A DNA stretch of 64,000 nucleotides from Eledone cirrhosa (taxonomy: Eukaryota). The position numbers and the translations under genes were made by a program. Positions 50,446 through 63,102 of this stretch are shown here, one piece after another. Position 1 is the stretch's first letter; each line of letters starts with the position of its first letter. The stretch spans positions 63,302,001-63,366,000 of the forward strand of contig OZ024747.1 in NCBI GenBank assembly GCA_964016885.1, given 5' to 3'. The notes below the pieces were generated by a model. That model worked only from the letters and a program-made list of their open reading frames with translations, made no database searches and was not told where the DNA came from.

Positions 50446-51001
50446 CAGAGGTCCTCAAACTTTTTAGGCTATTTCCCCACCCCACCACCATGTAATACCC
50501 TCAGTACCGTCAACCCTATTTCTAGAGGGACCTGCCTACATGCAAATTGTAAATAATATATAATAAATAAAATCATTAATATATATATAATTTATATATT
50601 ATAATTAATATAATGTATACTATGTACAAATAAATATTAAATATTTTTGTTTTCCTAAATTTATATATAATATATATCATTTGATATTTAATATACAGGG
50701 AATATATCATGTAAATACAGTTTAATAGAAAAAAAAAGAACATTTAGATTGAGAAGAATGGGTGTGAAATAGGAATATATAAAGAAAAAAGAGAAAAAAA
50801 ACCTGAAAAGAGTGGGAATGGCAAGGAATCTGGTGTCACAGAAGAAGGGTGAAGGGAAGGATGATTTGCCTATGGGCCTATGGCATGGCGGCGATGGGGC
50901 TGTGTAGCGCCCCCTGGACCTTTTCAACAAGAAGCCCCTGGACATTTTCACCCCCCCCCCCATTCCTGGAGTGGGGGTAGCACCCAATTTGAGAGCTGCT
51001 G
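50446..51001. mobile_element. hAT-type MITE with a nested CRE 3'UTR fragment (50695-50860)
   Basis: CAGAGGTCCTCAAAC / TTTGAGAGCTGCTG ends; 8-bp TSD ATATAGAC / ATATAGAT. Confidence 0.65.
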
Positions 51002-51430
51002 ATATAGATCCTACAAATCTGATGTCTCTACAGACTCTTTTGTGAAGGATCATAGAAACATACCTTGTGGTCCAGTTTGATCTCCTGAACTTGGGGACCT
51101 ATAATTCATTGAATCCATATTTCAGATTTTTATAACAATACATTTGTAAATTAGAAAAATAATTACTTTTACAACTGTCATAAGTTACAGGCAGAGCTGT
51201 CCTATTAATGTCAGTTAAACCATTTACTAATCAATATTTTAGACTCAAGAGGAGTGTTCAGACAATCATTTCAATTTAACTGGATGGAAAGCATCAATTC
51301 TTTCTTAGAATTATACATACATGCATGCGTACATAGATACACACACACACGCATACGTACATACACACAAATATATGCACACATAGACACATTCATACAT
51401 ATACACATACATACACATATACATTCATGT

Positions 51431-51989
51431 ATGGTGGCTGCCAACTCGTTTTCGAGTACGGCCACTACTTTATATCAATGTAGGAGAACCCCTACCGATG
51501 CGCTGAACAAGTGTGATTTTTTAGTCCAGCCAGCGACTTGAAAACTCTGGTACAAACACTACACTTGTGACAATTATTGACACATAGTGCTGGGCCCATG
51601 GTACCATGTGATGACAAGTGCAGAGAGATCTCCAGATATAAAGCAATGCCTGTGCCGTGAAGCTTTTATAGTGAGCAAAAGCACTGCACAAAGCCAGTCC
51701 CACTATCTTAACCAAGATGATATTTACCAAAAAGAAGAACAAGTCAACATCATTGGATACCATCAGGGTTGCAGGTGTTATATCAAAGTTTTCCTTCTAG
51801 AATTCTGCCTTGACAAAGGCTAAGGGGTCATCTCTCCCGGTGATTTTGGATGGCCATTGACTCTTAAGAGCTCCTTTACCCTTTGACAGGTTTTGTTTTT
51901 AGTCCTGCAGGATGTCCAAAGTCACCCTCCTCACCAAGAAACCTTGGTGGGGTTGCCAGTTTAGTCGCCAACGACCCGACCATGGGACC
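51431..51989 (-). mobile_element. ~550-bp non-coding element with RTE 5'UTR-like head; inverted partner of 56325-56862
   Basis: Near-identical reverse-complement copies (the ORF track gives almost identical translations). Confidence 0.8.
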
Positions 51990-52479
51990 ATGTATACATA
52001 CATACATACAAACATATACACACACACATTCATACATATCGACATACATACATGCAAACACACACATACAAACATACACGCACATACATACATACATTCA
52101 TAAATAGATACATAATGGCTGTCAACTCATTAGTTGTGTATGACCATTACTGCCAAATAATATCTCTATTGATGGTTGTGACTGCTGCAGTGGCTTTTGA
52201 AGCCTGCAATGGACTTGCATGTTTCATTGCATAAAATACATTGAAATTTACTCCTTCCACCATTTGTCTCTTCAGTCTGATCCTGGCCATGATTTTGTAT
52301 TTTTGATGACCTTGTAAGTCCTGACTTATTTGAAAATCCCTGCCATATGTACCACGTGTCAAACTGGCTGCAATGAATTGCTTTTATTTGACCTGTAGAA
52401 TTTCTGCATGCTTACATAGGTGAGTGGTAAAGCCAGCATTTGACAGGCATATTTGGCCACATACATTGCATACAAACTG

Positions 52480-52730
52480 ATGTATAGAGGTCTCCATATG
52501 TTGGCCTATCATAGCTGTTTTGCCATGCATGAAAGTGTTTTATAGGTCCTCTTCAACACAGAATCTCACCACTTGTGTTCATTTATCATCTCCACAGTGA
52601 AATTCAGTGTTTTGAGACCAGCTTTCACTACCTCTGTCCAAATTTTCCTCAGTCTTCCTCTACTGTTTTCCTTTCACTGGGAACTTTTGGTATTTCATCA
52701 CCCATCACTCACCATGCATAACCATTGCAT
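52480..52730 (-). mobile_element. Degenerate RTE C-terminal fragment
   Basis: SRGRLRKIWTEVVKAGLKTLNFTVEMINEHKW*DSVLKRT. Confidence 0.7.
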
Positions 52731-53012
52731 GTGCATGGTTGTTCCATCATGGCATGGAGGAAGAATTCATTATAATGCAAGTCGCTACTTATTTGGAGTC
52801 ACTGTCCATGCCACCCTCATACTGCTGGCATGGTTTCTCCAATTGGATATACTTTCAAACACTAACCTCTTTATAGGTACACTATATTACAAGGTACAGT
52901 ATATTGTGGCACTAACGTTAGACAACTTGAAATTTTAAATGTTGACTTTTAGCATGTAAGGATGCATTTTTACCTGCAACATACCACCAGTCAACAGAAG
53001 AATTGTGATATG

Positions 53013-53298
53013 CAGGGCCAATTTAATGGTGGTGGTGGTGGTGGGGGGGGGGGGCAATTACCCTGGGCCCCTGCAGTGAGAGGCCCTGCCAGCAATGGCT
53101 GCAGCAATTTATTTGTACCCTAAGCTGGGCTTTTTAATTTAAGGATCATAAAAATTTTAGAATTTAATACCTGTATGTATAACTTATCATTTCTAATTAC
53201 TTGCACCAAGCTAACTTTGATATATAAAATTGTGGGGTTTGCTCTGTATTCTAATTTTTTGTGTATGAGAGGTCCCCCAAGTTCTTAATCCAACCCTG
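53013..53298. mobile_element. hAT-type MITE
   Basis: TIRs CAGGGCCAATTTAA / TTAATCCAACCCTG; perfect 8-bp TSD GTGATATG. Confidence 0.85.
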
Positions 53299-53765
53299 GT
53301 GATATGATAAAACAGAAGCCTATATTGTTAAAACACCCAAGAAACGTTCAGGAGGTCAACATAACCTTCACAGGTGTGGGTTATATCAACAACAACTGAA
53401 TTCAGGGATTGGTTTGTTTGCCACATTCTTGGCAAAAATATCTTATTAACTTTCTTCAGATCATTTTTAATTAATTGATTTCTTAATTAGGAGTGAATAT
53501 TGAGCAATTGTAACAATTTTCCAATGGTAAGAATATACAATATGCATATGGTAATTTTCAACTGTAGTATCATTTAAACTTCAACCATAACCTACAAAAA
53601 TATATATCACTACATTCTTTTATGTGAGGGCTTTCTACAATACCATACATTATAAATCATACTTTCATCACAACTTACATTGTCATTTCATGGTATTTCT
53701 TTATACACACAAACTCAGACACACAAGCATATATGCGTATACAGATACATTCATTCATATATATA

Positions 53766-54883
53766 TCATCATCATCATCATCACCGTTTTACGTCCGTTC
53801 TTCCATGCTAGCATGGGTTAGACGGGTTGTCCTGTTGTGGGCAGTGTCTGGTCGGCTGACCATGCCTTGCTCATACAGGAACTGATCTGGCTTGATTTCT
53901 ACAGCTGGATGCCCTTCCTAACACCAACCTCATTTACAGTGAGTGCTGGGTGCTTTTTCGTGGCGCCTACACGTCCACTTTACAGTGTGGGCTGGGTGCT
54001 TTTTTTGCCGTGGCACCTCCACGGCCACCTTGCGGTGGGGGGGGGGGGCATATTGTTTATATGCTTCAGCATGTACCCATGGGAGGTCGGGTACCCTGTA
54101 TTACTGCGTGACGCCAGAAGTCACGGTCGTGTGTCATTGACTTTGAGAGGTGTAGTTGGGTAAATTCGGCTTTTATCACCTCATCCCAAGTCATCTTGGG
54201 TCTCCCCACTCCGCGGTTTCCATCAACTTCTAGTGCTCTGCACCTTTTTATGCAGCTGTCATCCTTCATACGCATCACATGTCCATACCAGCGTAACCGC
54301 CTCTCCTGCACGCAGCATTTGATTCCTCTTATGCTCAGTCTCTCTCTCAATTCCTTTATGCTTTGTCGTTCACGTATATTACTGTTACACATCCATCGGA
54401 GCATGCAGGCTTCGTTTCTCTCTAATCTACGTAAGTCTTCCACCTTCAGCGCCCAGGTCTCACTACCATGCAACATCGCTGTTCGGATACACGCATCATA
54501 CAGTCTGCCTTTCATTTTGAGGGAGAAGCCTTTTGCAGCTAGCAGTGGTAGTAGTTCCCTAAACTTCTTCCATCCCGTTCTTACCCTAGTTATTGTACTT
54601 TCTGAGCACCCACCTCCGTTGCTAATTCGGTCACCTAGGTAGCAGAAGCTGTCTACTGTTTCTACAGGGCCCTCCCAGAGATTGGTGGTACTTGTTTCCT
54701 GTGGCTGTTTGCTTGCTGTTTCAGCACAGCTGCTGCATGTGAATCCTACATTCTTAATTAAGCTTCCTGAGATCCCGCTACATCTCTTGTGTACCCATTG
54801 TTTGCATTTGGGGCAGAGAATGGAGTTCCTACCTACACCTTTCCTACATACTGAGCAAGGCCATTTCCCTTTATATTTCCCAT

Positions 54884-54887
<4 letters not shown>
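53766..54887 (-). mobile_element. 5'-truncated RTE-clade LINE: open C-terminal ORF (54886-54066), 3'UTR and (GAT)n tail
   Basis: Cys/His finger WPCSVCRKGVGRNSILCPKCKQWVHKRC..FTCSSC, VDSFCYLGD, HGSETW, RRLRWYGHVMR, GRPKMTW; truncated at a (TA)n tract. Confidence 0.92.
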
Positions 54888-54917
<30 letters not shown>

Positions 54918-55297
54918 ATAATAATAAATTTGAAGACTAAAATCCAAAGAGGGCTCAATAAGGATAAATATATATCAAATATATAAAAACCGTAGAGCAA
55001 ATATTTATTAAAATAACAGATTAAAGTTTAAGCAAAGAATCGTTGCTTTCACCCTTAACGGGATCTTCTGAAACTAACAAAGTCAATCTGTAAACGCAGA
55101 AGTGGATATTTCAAAAAACATTGCAACCGGAGGAAGACAGGAAGACGATACTTTGGTTCGTGGGAACGTTCGCTGGCAAAGAACGGGAAAAAACGAATAT
55201 AATACGTCATTAATAGGAGCTGTGAAAAACATTTACGCGCAAAGACAGAACCACGTTTATGGTATAAAAGAGGTTGTAGACTAATGTTCTCTTATAT

Positions 55298-55505
55298 ATT
55301 GCCAGTTGAAGGAAGACGTGGTAGAGGTAGACCACGAAAAACATGGGCGGAGGTGGTGAGAACAGACCTCAGATCATTGAAGCTCACGGTGGAGATGACG
55401 AAGGACCATGACGAGTGGAGAGATGCTGTGCTGAATAAGACCCGTCCCACCCTGGCAAGCAGGGAAAAGCAGACGTAAAATGATGATGATGATGATGATG
55501 ATGAT
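55298..55505 (+). mobile_element. RTE 3'-terminal fragment with (GAT)n tail
   Basis: VEGRRGRGRPRKTWAEVVRTDLRSLKLTVEMTKDHDEWRDAVLNKTRP. Confidence 0.88.
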
Positions 55506-55859
55506 ATATATATATATAGTTTTATGTTACTGTTGGTTCACCAACTTGAGCACATGTGTACATATATATATGTGTGTATATATATATATGTGTGTGTGTG
55601 TATATATATATACACACATATATATATGTATATACACACACACACATATATATATATATATACACAGACAGACAGAGAGCGAGTTAGTACTACAACCATA
55701 CTTGAGGCAGGTTGAAAATATGTCCGGTGAAACATGTGTCCTCGAGTATGGTTTGCAGTTTGTTGTGAAAAATAACTCTATACTGAAATCATCAGTTGGA
55801 CTGAGTGCTCTACTTACTATGGATATAACCTCCCAGTTTTTTACCACTATATATATATA

Positions 55860-55998
55860 TCTGAATGGAAGCAGTAAAAACTAGTTAGACCATTACTGAC
55901 CAGAGTACTCGATATTTGGTGTATTGGAGTATGAACTATTCAGGAAAATACAGGACTTTGATAGCTGGAGCCCAGCCATCGAGGTCCTGAATTTTATA
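55860..55998. mobile_element. Diverged relative of the 29153/49013 element with a shorter hairpin (55951-55989)
   Basis: CAGAGTACTCGATA body; CAGGAC..GATAGCTG GAGC CCAGCCATC..GTCCTG hairpin; (TA)n on both sides. Confidence 0.6.
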
Positions 55999-56009
55999 TA
56001 TATACATAT

Positions 56010-56268
56010 ATCTCTAGGGTGGGTAAAATTACCGAGATCCATGGACGAGTTTTCTCCAGCGGTCTCTGTCCCTCATTATCGTTGCCATGTCCTGCGTCTC
56101 CAACAGACCAGTGTCTGTCCTTAGGGCATTAACATCTGTTAACCTTGGTCTTCCTCTTCCAGTGTGTCCATGCAGGGGCTCCCACAGGAGCACTGAGTGC
56201 AGTGTCAACTCTGGATGCTGGTGAACATGTCCAGCTAACCTCAGTCTCCTCTGTGCTACTCTTGAATA
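56010..56268 (-). mobile_element. 3' fragment of another RTE-group LINE family
   Basis: RVAQRRLRLAGHVHQHPE...VLLWEPLHGHTGRGRPRLT...MRDRDRWRKLV. Confidence 0.85.
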
Positions 56269-56324
56269 CATATATATATATATATATATACATGTATATA
56301 TGTATGTATATATATATATAAGTA

Positions 56325-56862
56325 CAACCTGTCTCATGGTTGGGTTGTTGGCGACTAAACTGGCAACCCCACCAAGGTTTCTTGGTGAGGAGGGTGACTT
56401 TGGACATCCTGCAGGACTAAAAACAAAACCTGTCAAAGGGCAAAGGAGCTCTTAAGAGATGACCCCTTAGCCTTTGTGAAGGCAGAATTCTAGGAGAAGG
56501 AAAACTCTGATATAACACCTGCAACCCTGATGGTATCCAATGATGTTGACTTGTTCTTCTTTTTGGTAAATATCATCTTGGTTAAGATAGTGGGACTGGC
56601 TTTGTGCAGTGCCTTTGCTCACTATAAAAGCTTCACGGCACAGGCATTGCTTTATATCTGGAGATCTCTCTGCACTTGCCGTCACATGGTACCATGGGCC
56701 CAGCACTATGTGTCAATAATTGTCACAAGTGTAGTGTTTGTACCAGAGTTTTCATGTCGCTGGCTGGACTAAAGAGTCACACTCGTTCAGCGCACCGGTA
56801 GGGGTTCTCCTACATGGATATAAAGTAGTGGCCATACTCGAAAACGAGTTGGCAGCCACCAT
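56325..56862 (+). mobile_element. ~540-bp element with RTE 5'UTR-like head
   Basis: Inverted copy of 51431-51989; CTAGGAGAAGGAAAACTCTGA motif. Confidence 0.8.
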
Positions 56863-57058
56863 ATATAAGTATATATAGAAGTATATGAGTATATGAGTGT
56901 CTGTGCATGTGTGAATATATATATTTTTATTAACTCAGAATTATACAAGGACTTGCTTACAGGAAACATTTCATAAGCGATAAAGATTTCAGTTTGATAT
57001 ACAGAACTTATATTTTTACCTTAATAACATTTATTTTCAATTATTATTTCACTACTCA

Positions 57059-57446
57059 GGTGGATTGGCAGTATCGGTAGAGGGTCGGACGCCATGCTTT
57101 CCAGCATAGTTACGTCCCTTTACGATCTGAGTTCAAATCCCGCCGAGGTTGACTTTGCCTTTCATCCTTACGGGGTCGATAAAATAAAGTACCAGTAATG
57201 CACTGGGTAATTGCTGGCCTTGTGCCTAAAGTAGAAACAATTATTTCACTACTCAGGGCGGTGGATTGGCAGTAACGGTGGAGGGTCAGACGCCATGCTT
57301 TGACGCATAGTTACGTCCCTTTACGATCTCACTTCAAATCTCGCCGAGGTTGACTTTGCCTTTCATCCTTACGGGGTCGATAAAATAAAGTACCAGTAAT
57401 GCACTGGGTAATTGCTGGCCTTGTGCCTAAAGTAGAAACAATTATT
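57059..57446 (+). mobile_element. Young tandem dimer of tRNA-derived SINE family A
   Basis: A box TGGCAGTATCGG, B box GAGTTCAAATCC; central GACTTTGCCTTTCATCCTTACGGGGTCGATAAAATAAAGTACCAG resembles a Deu/Nin-type SINE domain (from memory). Confidence 0.9.
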
Positions 57447-58298
57447 TCACTACTCAGAGACGAAAACTTTTCTTCCACTTCATTAATTCCGTTTGTCATT
57501 CCATTCATCTTTTTTTTTTGTCATTTCTACTTTATCACTTTTTACATTTGTTTTTGTTTTTTTATTCTTCTCATTCTTTCTCATTGTTTGGTAGCTGTTT
57601 AGACATTTCTTAAAATGAATATCTGTTTAATCTTTAAAGCAGTCTTTTTATTTATAATCTTTTCCAAAAAAAAAAAATACACTTCCAAATGTAAGATCTT
57701 ATATTTCAGAATTAATCATCTATAATTGATCAACATGGTACTGCGAGGAAGTTTTCTGGAATAATTTTTTTTATTAAGATAATGGTATATACAGATGCTA
57801 ACAGTATCCAATCTCCCCCCTGCCATGCCATACACTTTCTTCTCATCCTCATCTTATAGCTATTTCTAAGTCTGTTCATATTTTATGACACAAATACTTT
57901 ATATCATGTTAATTGGTATATGAAAAGATAAAAATATTTAATATTTGAAATGAAAAAAAAATTCACTTTAAGTAATTGAAAATGACACACATATGTGTAT
58001 ATACTTATGCATGTAAATATATTATCAAAACCACCTATATATACATACACTGATCCATCCACACACAGTCATATGTACACACAAACATGTGTGTATATAT
58101 ATATATACTTATACGTGTAAATTCATTATCAGAAACATTGATTTATCTACCTATCTATCTAACTGCCTATCATTTGTTTCTATTATATTTGTGGGGGGTA
58201 AAAAATTCACACTGCTTGATTTAATACCACATCCTGACCCATGGCTACCTCTCTGTTACAAATATTTGAATCAAGTTCCCATCAATAGTATCATTAAT

Positions 58299-58486
58299 TG
58301 TTTCTACGTTAGGCACAAGGCCAGCAATTACCCAGTGTATTACTGGTACTTTATTTTATCAACCCCATAAGGGTGAAAGGCAAAGTTAACCTCGGCGTGA
58401 TTTGAACTCAGAATGGCAAGGGCCGTAACTCTATGCGTCAAAGCATCGCATCCGACCCTCTACCAATACTGCCAATCCACCGCCCT
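58299..58486 (-). mobile_element. Single SINE family A copy with 14-bp TSD
   Basis: ATAGTATCATTAAT at 58285-58298 and 58487-58500. Confidence 0.9.
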
Positions 58487-58589
58487 ATAGTATCATTAAT
58501 GTAATGTCATAACACACCAACATGCCATACAGTTTCCAGCATAAAAAACAGTAGTACAAGGCTAGCTAGAATAGCTCTGCCTTCATTTA

Positions 58590-58881
58590 CTAGCAGAATG
58601 GTCCGGCGTTGCTTGGGATTCTAAACATAGATTGGCATGTTTATCCCTCCTTTCTGAAATAGTTTTGTTGTATATTCACCAATTGATGCAGAAGTCCTAA
58701 TAAAAAGTGAAGTCGCCTTGGGTGAATAGGCAAATAATTTTCCATTAAGACTTTTCAAAAGCATGTAATTGTGTTCCCTCTCTTAGTTGTTGTTGTTTTT
58801 GCTGTTGTCAATCCTTGTGAAATAATTATGTTTGTTTATATTTTGTTATTGTGTATGCAAAAATATCTGTTCACGAATATA

Positions 58882-58937
<56 letters not shown>

Positions 58938-59049
58938 TAACAGATTAAAGTTTAAGCGAAGAATCACTGCTTTCACCCTTAACGGGATCTTCTGAAACTA
59001 AAAAAATTAATCTGTGAACGTAGAAGTAAATATTTCAAAAAATGTTACA

Positions 59050-59091
<42 letters not shown>

Positions 59092-59407
59092 TATATATAC
59101 ATATATACACACACACACAGATAGTGTCATAATGTCATAATGCAGACATACAGATATACAGACAGATGTTATAAGGGCACAACGTTATAACTATGTATCT
59201 GTCTAACAAGACAGACTAATAAAGGCAGAGATCGCTAAACGGCGCCTAATGCGGTCCCTAGGGTATTGAAAATTTGAAATATTCTTTGCTCAAAATACTT
59301 ACACGACCATAAGTATTACATTTGTAAAGTTTGAAAAAAGTCGGTTGGGTGGTTCTTGAGTTTTAGGTAGTCAGACAGACAGACATTCTCTGTTTTAGAT
59401 ATATAGA
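58590..59407 (-). mobile_element. Non-autonomous Helitron
   Basis: Minus strand A|TCTATAT...(CTGT)n ... CCC-AAGCAACGC-CGG hairpin-CTAG|T; ends resemble 47551-48475. Confidence 0.7.
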
Positions 59408-59582
59408 TAAGGGGTCTCCAATCCAATCTAGATCCTCCACATCAATTCTTGGTAATTCATAAACCACATGTCCGATTCCTCTCAAAGTCACATTCTTTAT
59501 CTATAGTCCATGTTTCTTTGGTAGGGTGATAAAGATTGCCTTTTTAATGTCCTAATAGATTACTCCACTGTCATATATTATG

Positions 59583-59798
59583 TTAACGCTTTGGTATTTA
59601 AACTGGCCATATCCGGCCAGAATTCTCTCACCTCTTTCTGTTCAAACCAGCCATAACTGGCTGCTCATACTGACATTAAGGTATTGTTCTCAAAATAAAT
59701 AACAGGAAAATCTCACAGATTCGATATTATGTGAGATAAAGACTTTACCACAAGAATACAATAGTATATATAGAGTAATGTAAACGCTAAAGGGTTAA
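59583..59798 (+). mobile_element. piggyBac-like MITE family 1
   Basis: TTAA TSD, family body. Confidence 0.85.
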
Positions 59799-60141
59799 AT
59801 AGTGTTGTAAGTTAAGAAATTCCTATTTTTCCCAGGGCCTCCAGTAACTCTGTTGTTATTTTGTCTTGACCCGATGCCTTGCAATGTTTCTTTTTATTCA
59901 GTGCGTTACATCCTTGAGGGTGAAAAATTTATCACCCTACCAAAGGAGCCCAGGAGGATCGATCGAACAGGAATTTCCAGATTAGAAATATCTAGTAACC
60001 TAACCACTACTATGCTAGTTGATACATTGATCTTCCACGATCAATTGACCCTCTGAAACAATTGTAAAACAATGAACTAATTAACTACCTACCTCTGACT
60101 TCTGTCTTTTTTTAATTGTTGTATATATACACACACATGTG

Positions 60142-60173
<32 letters not shown>

Positions 60174-60284
60174 TGCTTGGATGTGTCCATAGGCGATATG
60201 GTGGTTGAGCATTCTATGGTCCTTCGGAGCAGAGTAATACGTAATAAATTGTGTTCCGATGCATCACTGATTCTTCGTTTTCCA

Positions 60285-60368
<84 letters not shown>

Positions 60369-61474
60369 CTCTCTCTCTGTAGATATAGATATATATTATA
60401 TGCTAAGTTGAGCTCAGAAAAATTTGAACTCAGATCAAAGAGACCCAGAACAAATATAATGAAGCATTTAATCTGTTACATTAATGACATGCTAGAAATA
60501 ATTATCAGTAGTATTAACTGGGCCTAGTTCATAATAGAAGTGTATATGAAGTTATATACAATATGTTTTTGTATAATCAACATATAAGCCTCACTATGAG
60601 TGTTTTAAACTCATACTATATACAAATGAAAATTACCACCAGGTTTACCATATGCAAAAACGTATATAAACTATAGCTTATTCTTGTCTTAGTATTGAGG
60701 GAGTGAACATCACCAACGATATATAAAAACCCAGAAATACGTGTCTGGCATTTTCACATAGCTACTGAGATATCTGTGACATGAACACAGCTTAAAACCG
60801 GAAAATATTGGTAGGTAGCGTTCAAATTGATAGGGATTAAATTTAGGTGTATGTTATCTTTGATTAGATTCAAGTTTTTCCAAGTTTTTCTTTTAGAGAG
60901 CTAATACACACACATACATACATATATATGTATATATAGAATTAATATACAAAAATGATGAAAGGTTATGTTTTTTTACTGATAAAATATTTAGAAATGT
61001 AGTTGAAAGATGAAGGGAAAAATGTATTTGTATGTTTATTTTACTTTTGATATTTCTCTTTCTCTCTAAATTTATCTTCTCAGCCACAAAACAACCAATA
61101 TTTTCAGATATTTCCATGTCCATATGTTTTTGAAACAATTTATCAGAAACTCCAGTTATCTTCTGCTTATTTTGATTCCCCAGTTTCAGCATATATTTAT
61201 ATCATATTAGCATTCCTGCCATTTAAATCTAAATGGTAACGACAGCAAATTCTTTTTTCATGCTAATAAATAACATGGCATTAATTTTAAATCTTTCAGT
61301 GCCCAGGAAAAAAAAGAGAGATTTTAAGTTTACTATATTAACACATCAAATAAATTGTATACATATTTTTTCAATACAATAAATGTATACTTTGCATTTG
61401 AAAGATTTGAGTAAATCTTAAGATATTATTCAATACTGTATAATGTATAATGTATAAATAATCTGTAATAATAA

Positions 61475-62112
61475 TGATTTCTAACTGGCACAAGGCCAGC
61501 AATATGAAGGAGTGAGGGGAGCTTGATTAAATCAACAGCATTACTTGATTGATACATTATTTTATCAACCCCAGAAGGATGAAAGGCATAGCAGAATATT
61601 TAAAGGGCTGCAAAGAATGTCTCAATGTCCAATGCTCCAATGATTCTACTTATCCACCACTCTTCTATAATCTATAATAATTATAATGGTTTGTAATTCA
61701 AGTACGAGGCCTGTAACTTTAGGTGAGATGTTTGTTTATTTAAAAAAATTCAGTACTTCACTGCTACATTTTTTAATTGACCTTGAAAGATTGAAAGGCA
61801 AAGTTGACCTTAGCAGGATTTGAAATCAGAATGTAAAGAGCCAGTACAAATAACACAAAATATTTTCTTCAATGCTCTAACGATTCTGCTTATCCAGCAC
61901 TCTAATAATAATGATAATAATAATAATGATAATGGTTTCTGATTTAGGCACAAGGCCAACAATTTTGGGAGAGGGGAAAGTCGATTTAATCAACCACAGT
62001 ACATTACTGGTACTATATTTTATTGACCCCTGAAGGATTAAAGGGAGAGCTAACTTTTGGTGGAATTTGAACTCAGAATATAAAGCATGTTGTCCAAGGC
62101 ACTATTGATATT
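61475..62112 (-). mobile_element. Three degenerate head-to-tail SINE family A copies
   Basis: Three repeats of CACAAGGCC...GAAGGATGAAAGGC...CAATGCTC, each with an (ATA)n tail. Confidence 0.7.
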
Positions 62113-62114
62113 GC

Positions 62115-62449
62115 ATGGCTTAGTGGTTAGAGCATTGGCTTTGCAATCGAAAGGTTGTGAGTTCAATTCTCAGACTGGGTGATGTATTGTGTCCTTGAGC
62201 AAGACACTTTATTTCACATTGCTCCAGTTTACTCAGCTGTAGAAATGAGATGATAGGGACTGGGGCCCTATCATTCCACTGCAAAGTGGTCGTGGAGGTG
62301 CCACGGCAAAAAAGCACCCAGCACTCACTGTAAATGAAGTTGGTGTTAGGAAGGGCATCCAGCTGTAGAAATCAAGCCAGAATCTGTTCCCGTCCCACCC
62401 TTACAAGCAGGGAAAAGCAGACGTAAAAATGATGATGATGATGATGATG
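62115..62449 (+). mobile_element. Full-length-looking SINE family B: tRNA head, CORE/V-like domain, RTE-derived tail
   Basis: TGGCTTAGTGGTTAG A box, GAGTTCAATTCT B box, TGTGTCCTTGAGCAAGACACTT; 3' part matches 30811-30945 and 55441-55505. Confidence 0.8.
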
Positions 62450-62881
62450 AATCTACCACCCCACATGAACTAATTAATATAGGGAGAATTTCATTAAAAA
62501 GATAGTTACTAAAGGATTAATAATAGTGTGTAATGTTGGGAAATGATAATATACTCTAAATTTGTCACAATTCGAAAAATTCAATTTAGAGTCTTTTGTT
62601 TAAAACATACAAGGTAACAAAACAAAAGGAACAATTAAATTCCTTCAAAATACATCTTAATTATCTTAAAACCAAAGAACACATTGTACAATGTGAATGC
62701 ATTGTCTGAAAATAAGATTGGATTGTCAGGGTTGGAACTCTTTCATAAAATTCCTGCCTGACCAAATCTAGTGCTACACAGCATGAACAATAAATATAAA
62801 TTAAGGCAATTTTGTTTAACCATTTTGTTACCAGGCCCACCTGAAACCACCACCAATACAAGGCTATTTATGTTAAAGAGT

Positions 62882-63102
62882 TTAACCCTTTAGCATTTAC
62901 ATTACTCTCTAATTACTATTATATTTTCATGGTAAAGGCTTTACCTCACATAATTATCTCACATAATATATCGAATCTATGAGATTTGGATATTATTTAT
63001 TTTGAGAACACTACCTTAACATCAGTATGAGTGGCCAGTTTGAAGAGAAAGAGGTGAGAGAATTTTGACTAGATAAGGCCGGTTCAAATGTTAAAGGGTT
63101 AA
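62882..63102 (-). mobile_element. piggyBac-like MITE family 1
   Basis: TTAA-CCCTTTAGCATTTA ... TGTTAAAGGG-TTAA. Confidence 0.85.

Noticed and set aside
55036-55075. Minus-strand CAGAAGA-TCCC GTTAA GGGT-GAAA motif (also ~58960-58998)
   Set aside because: Core has A at the U4 position in both copies and no stem I or III closes; kept only as weak support for the U-U observation
57059-57145. tRNA genes (A and B boxes; also 62115-62190)
   Set aside because: No complete cloverleaf, and each continues into a repeated SINE body
60175-60285. (TA)n-flanked 110-bp insert with CCATAG/CTATGG stem, CTTCGG and AATAAA
   Set aside because: Architecture is suggestive, but no ribozyme core or second copy is visible
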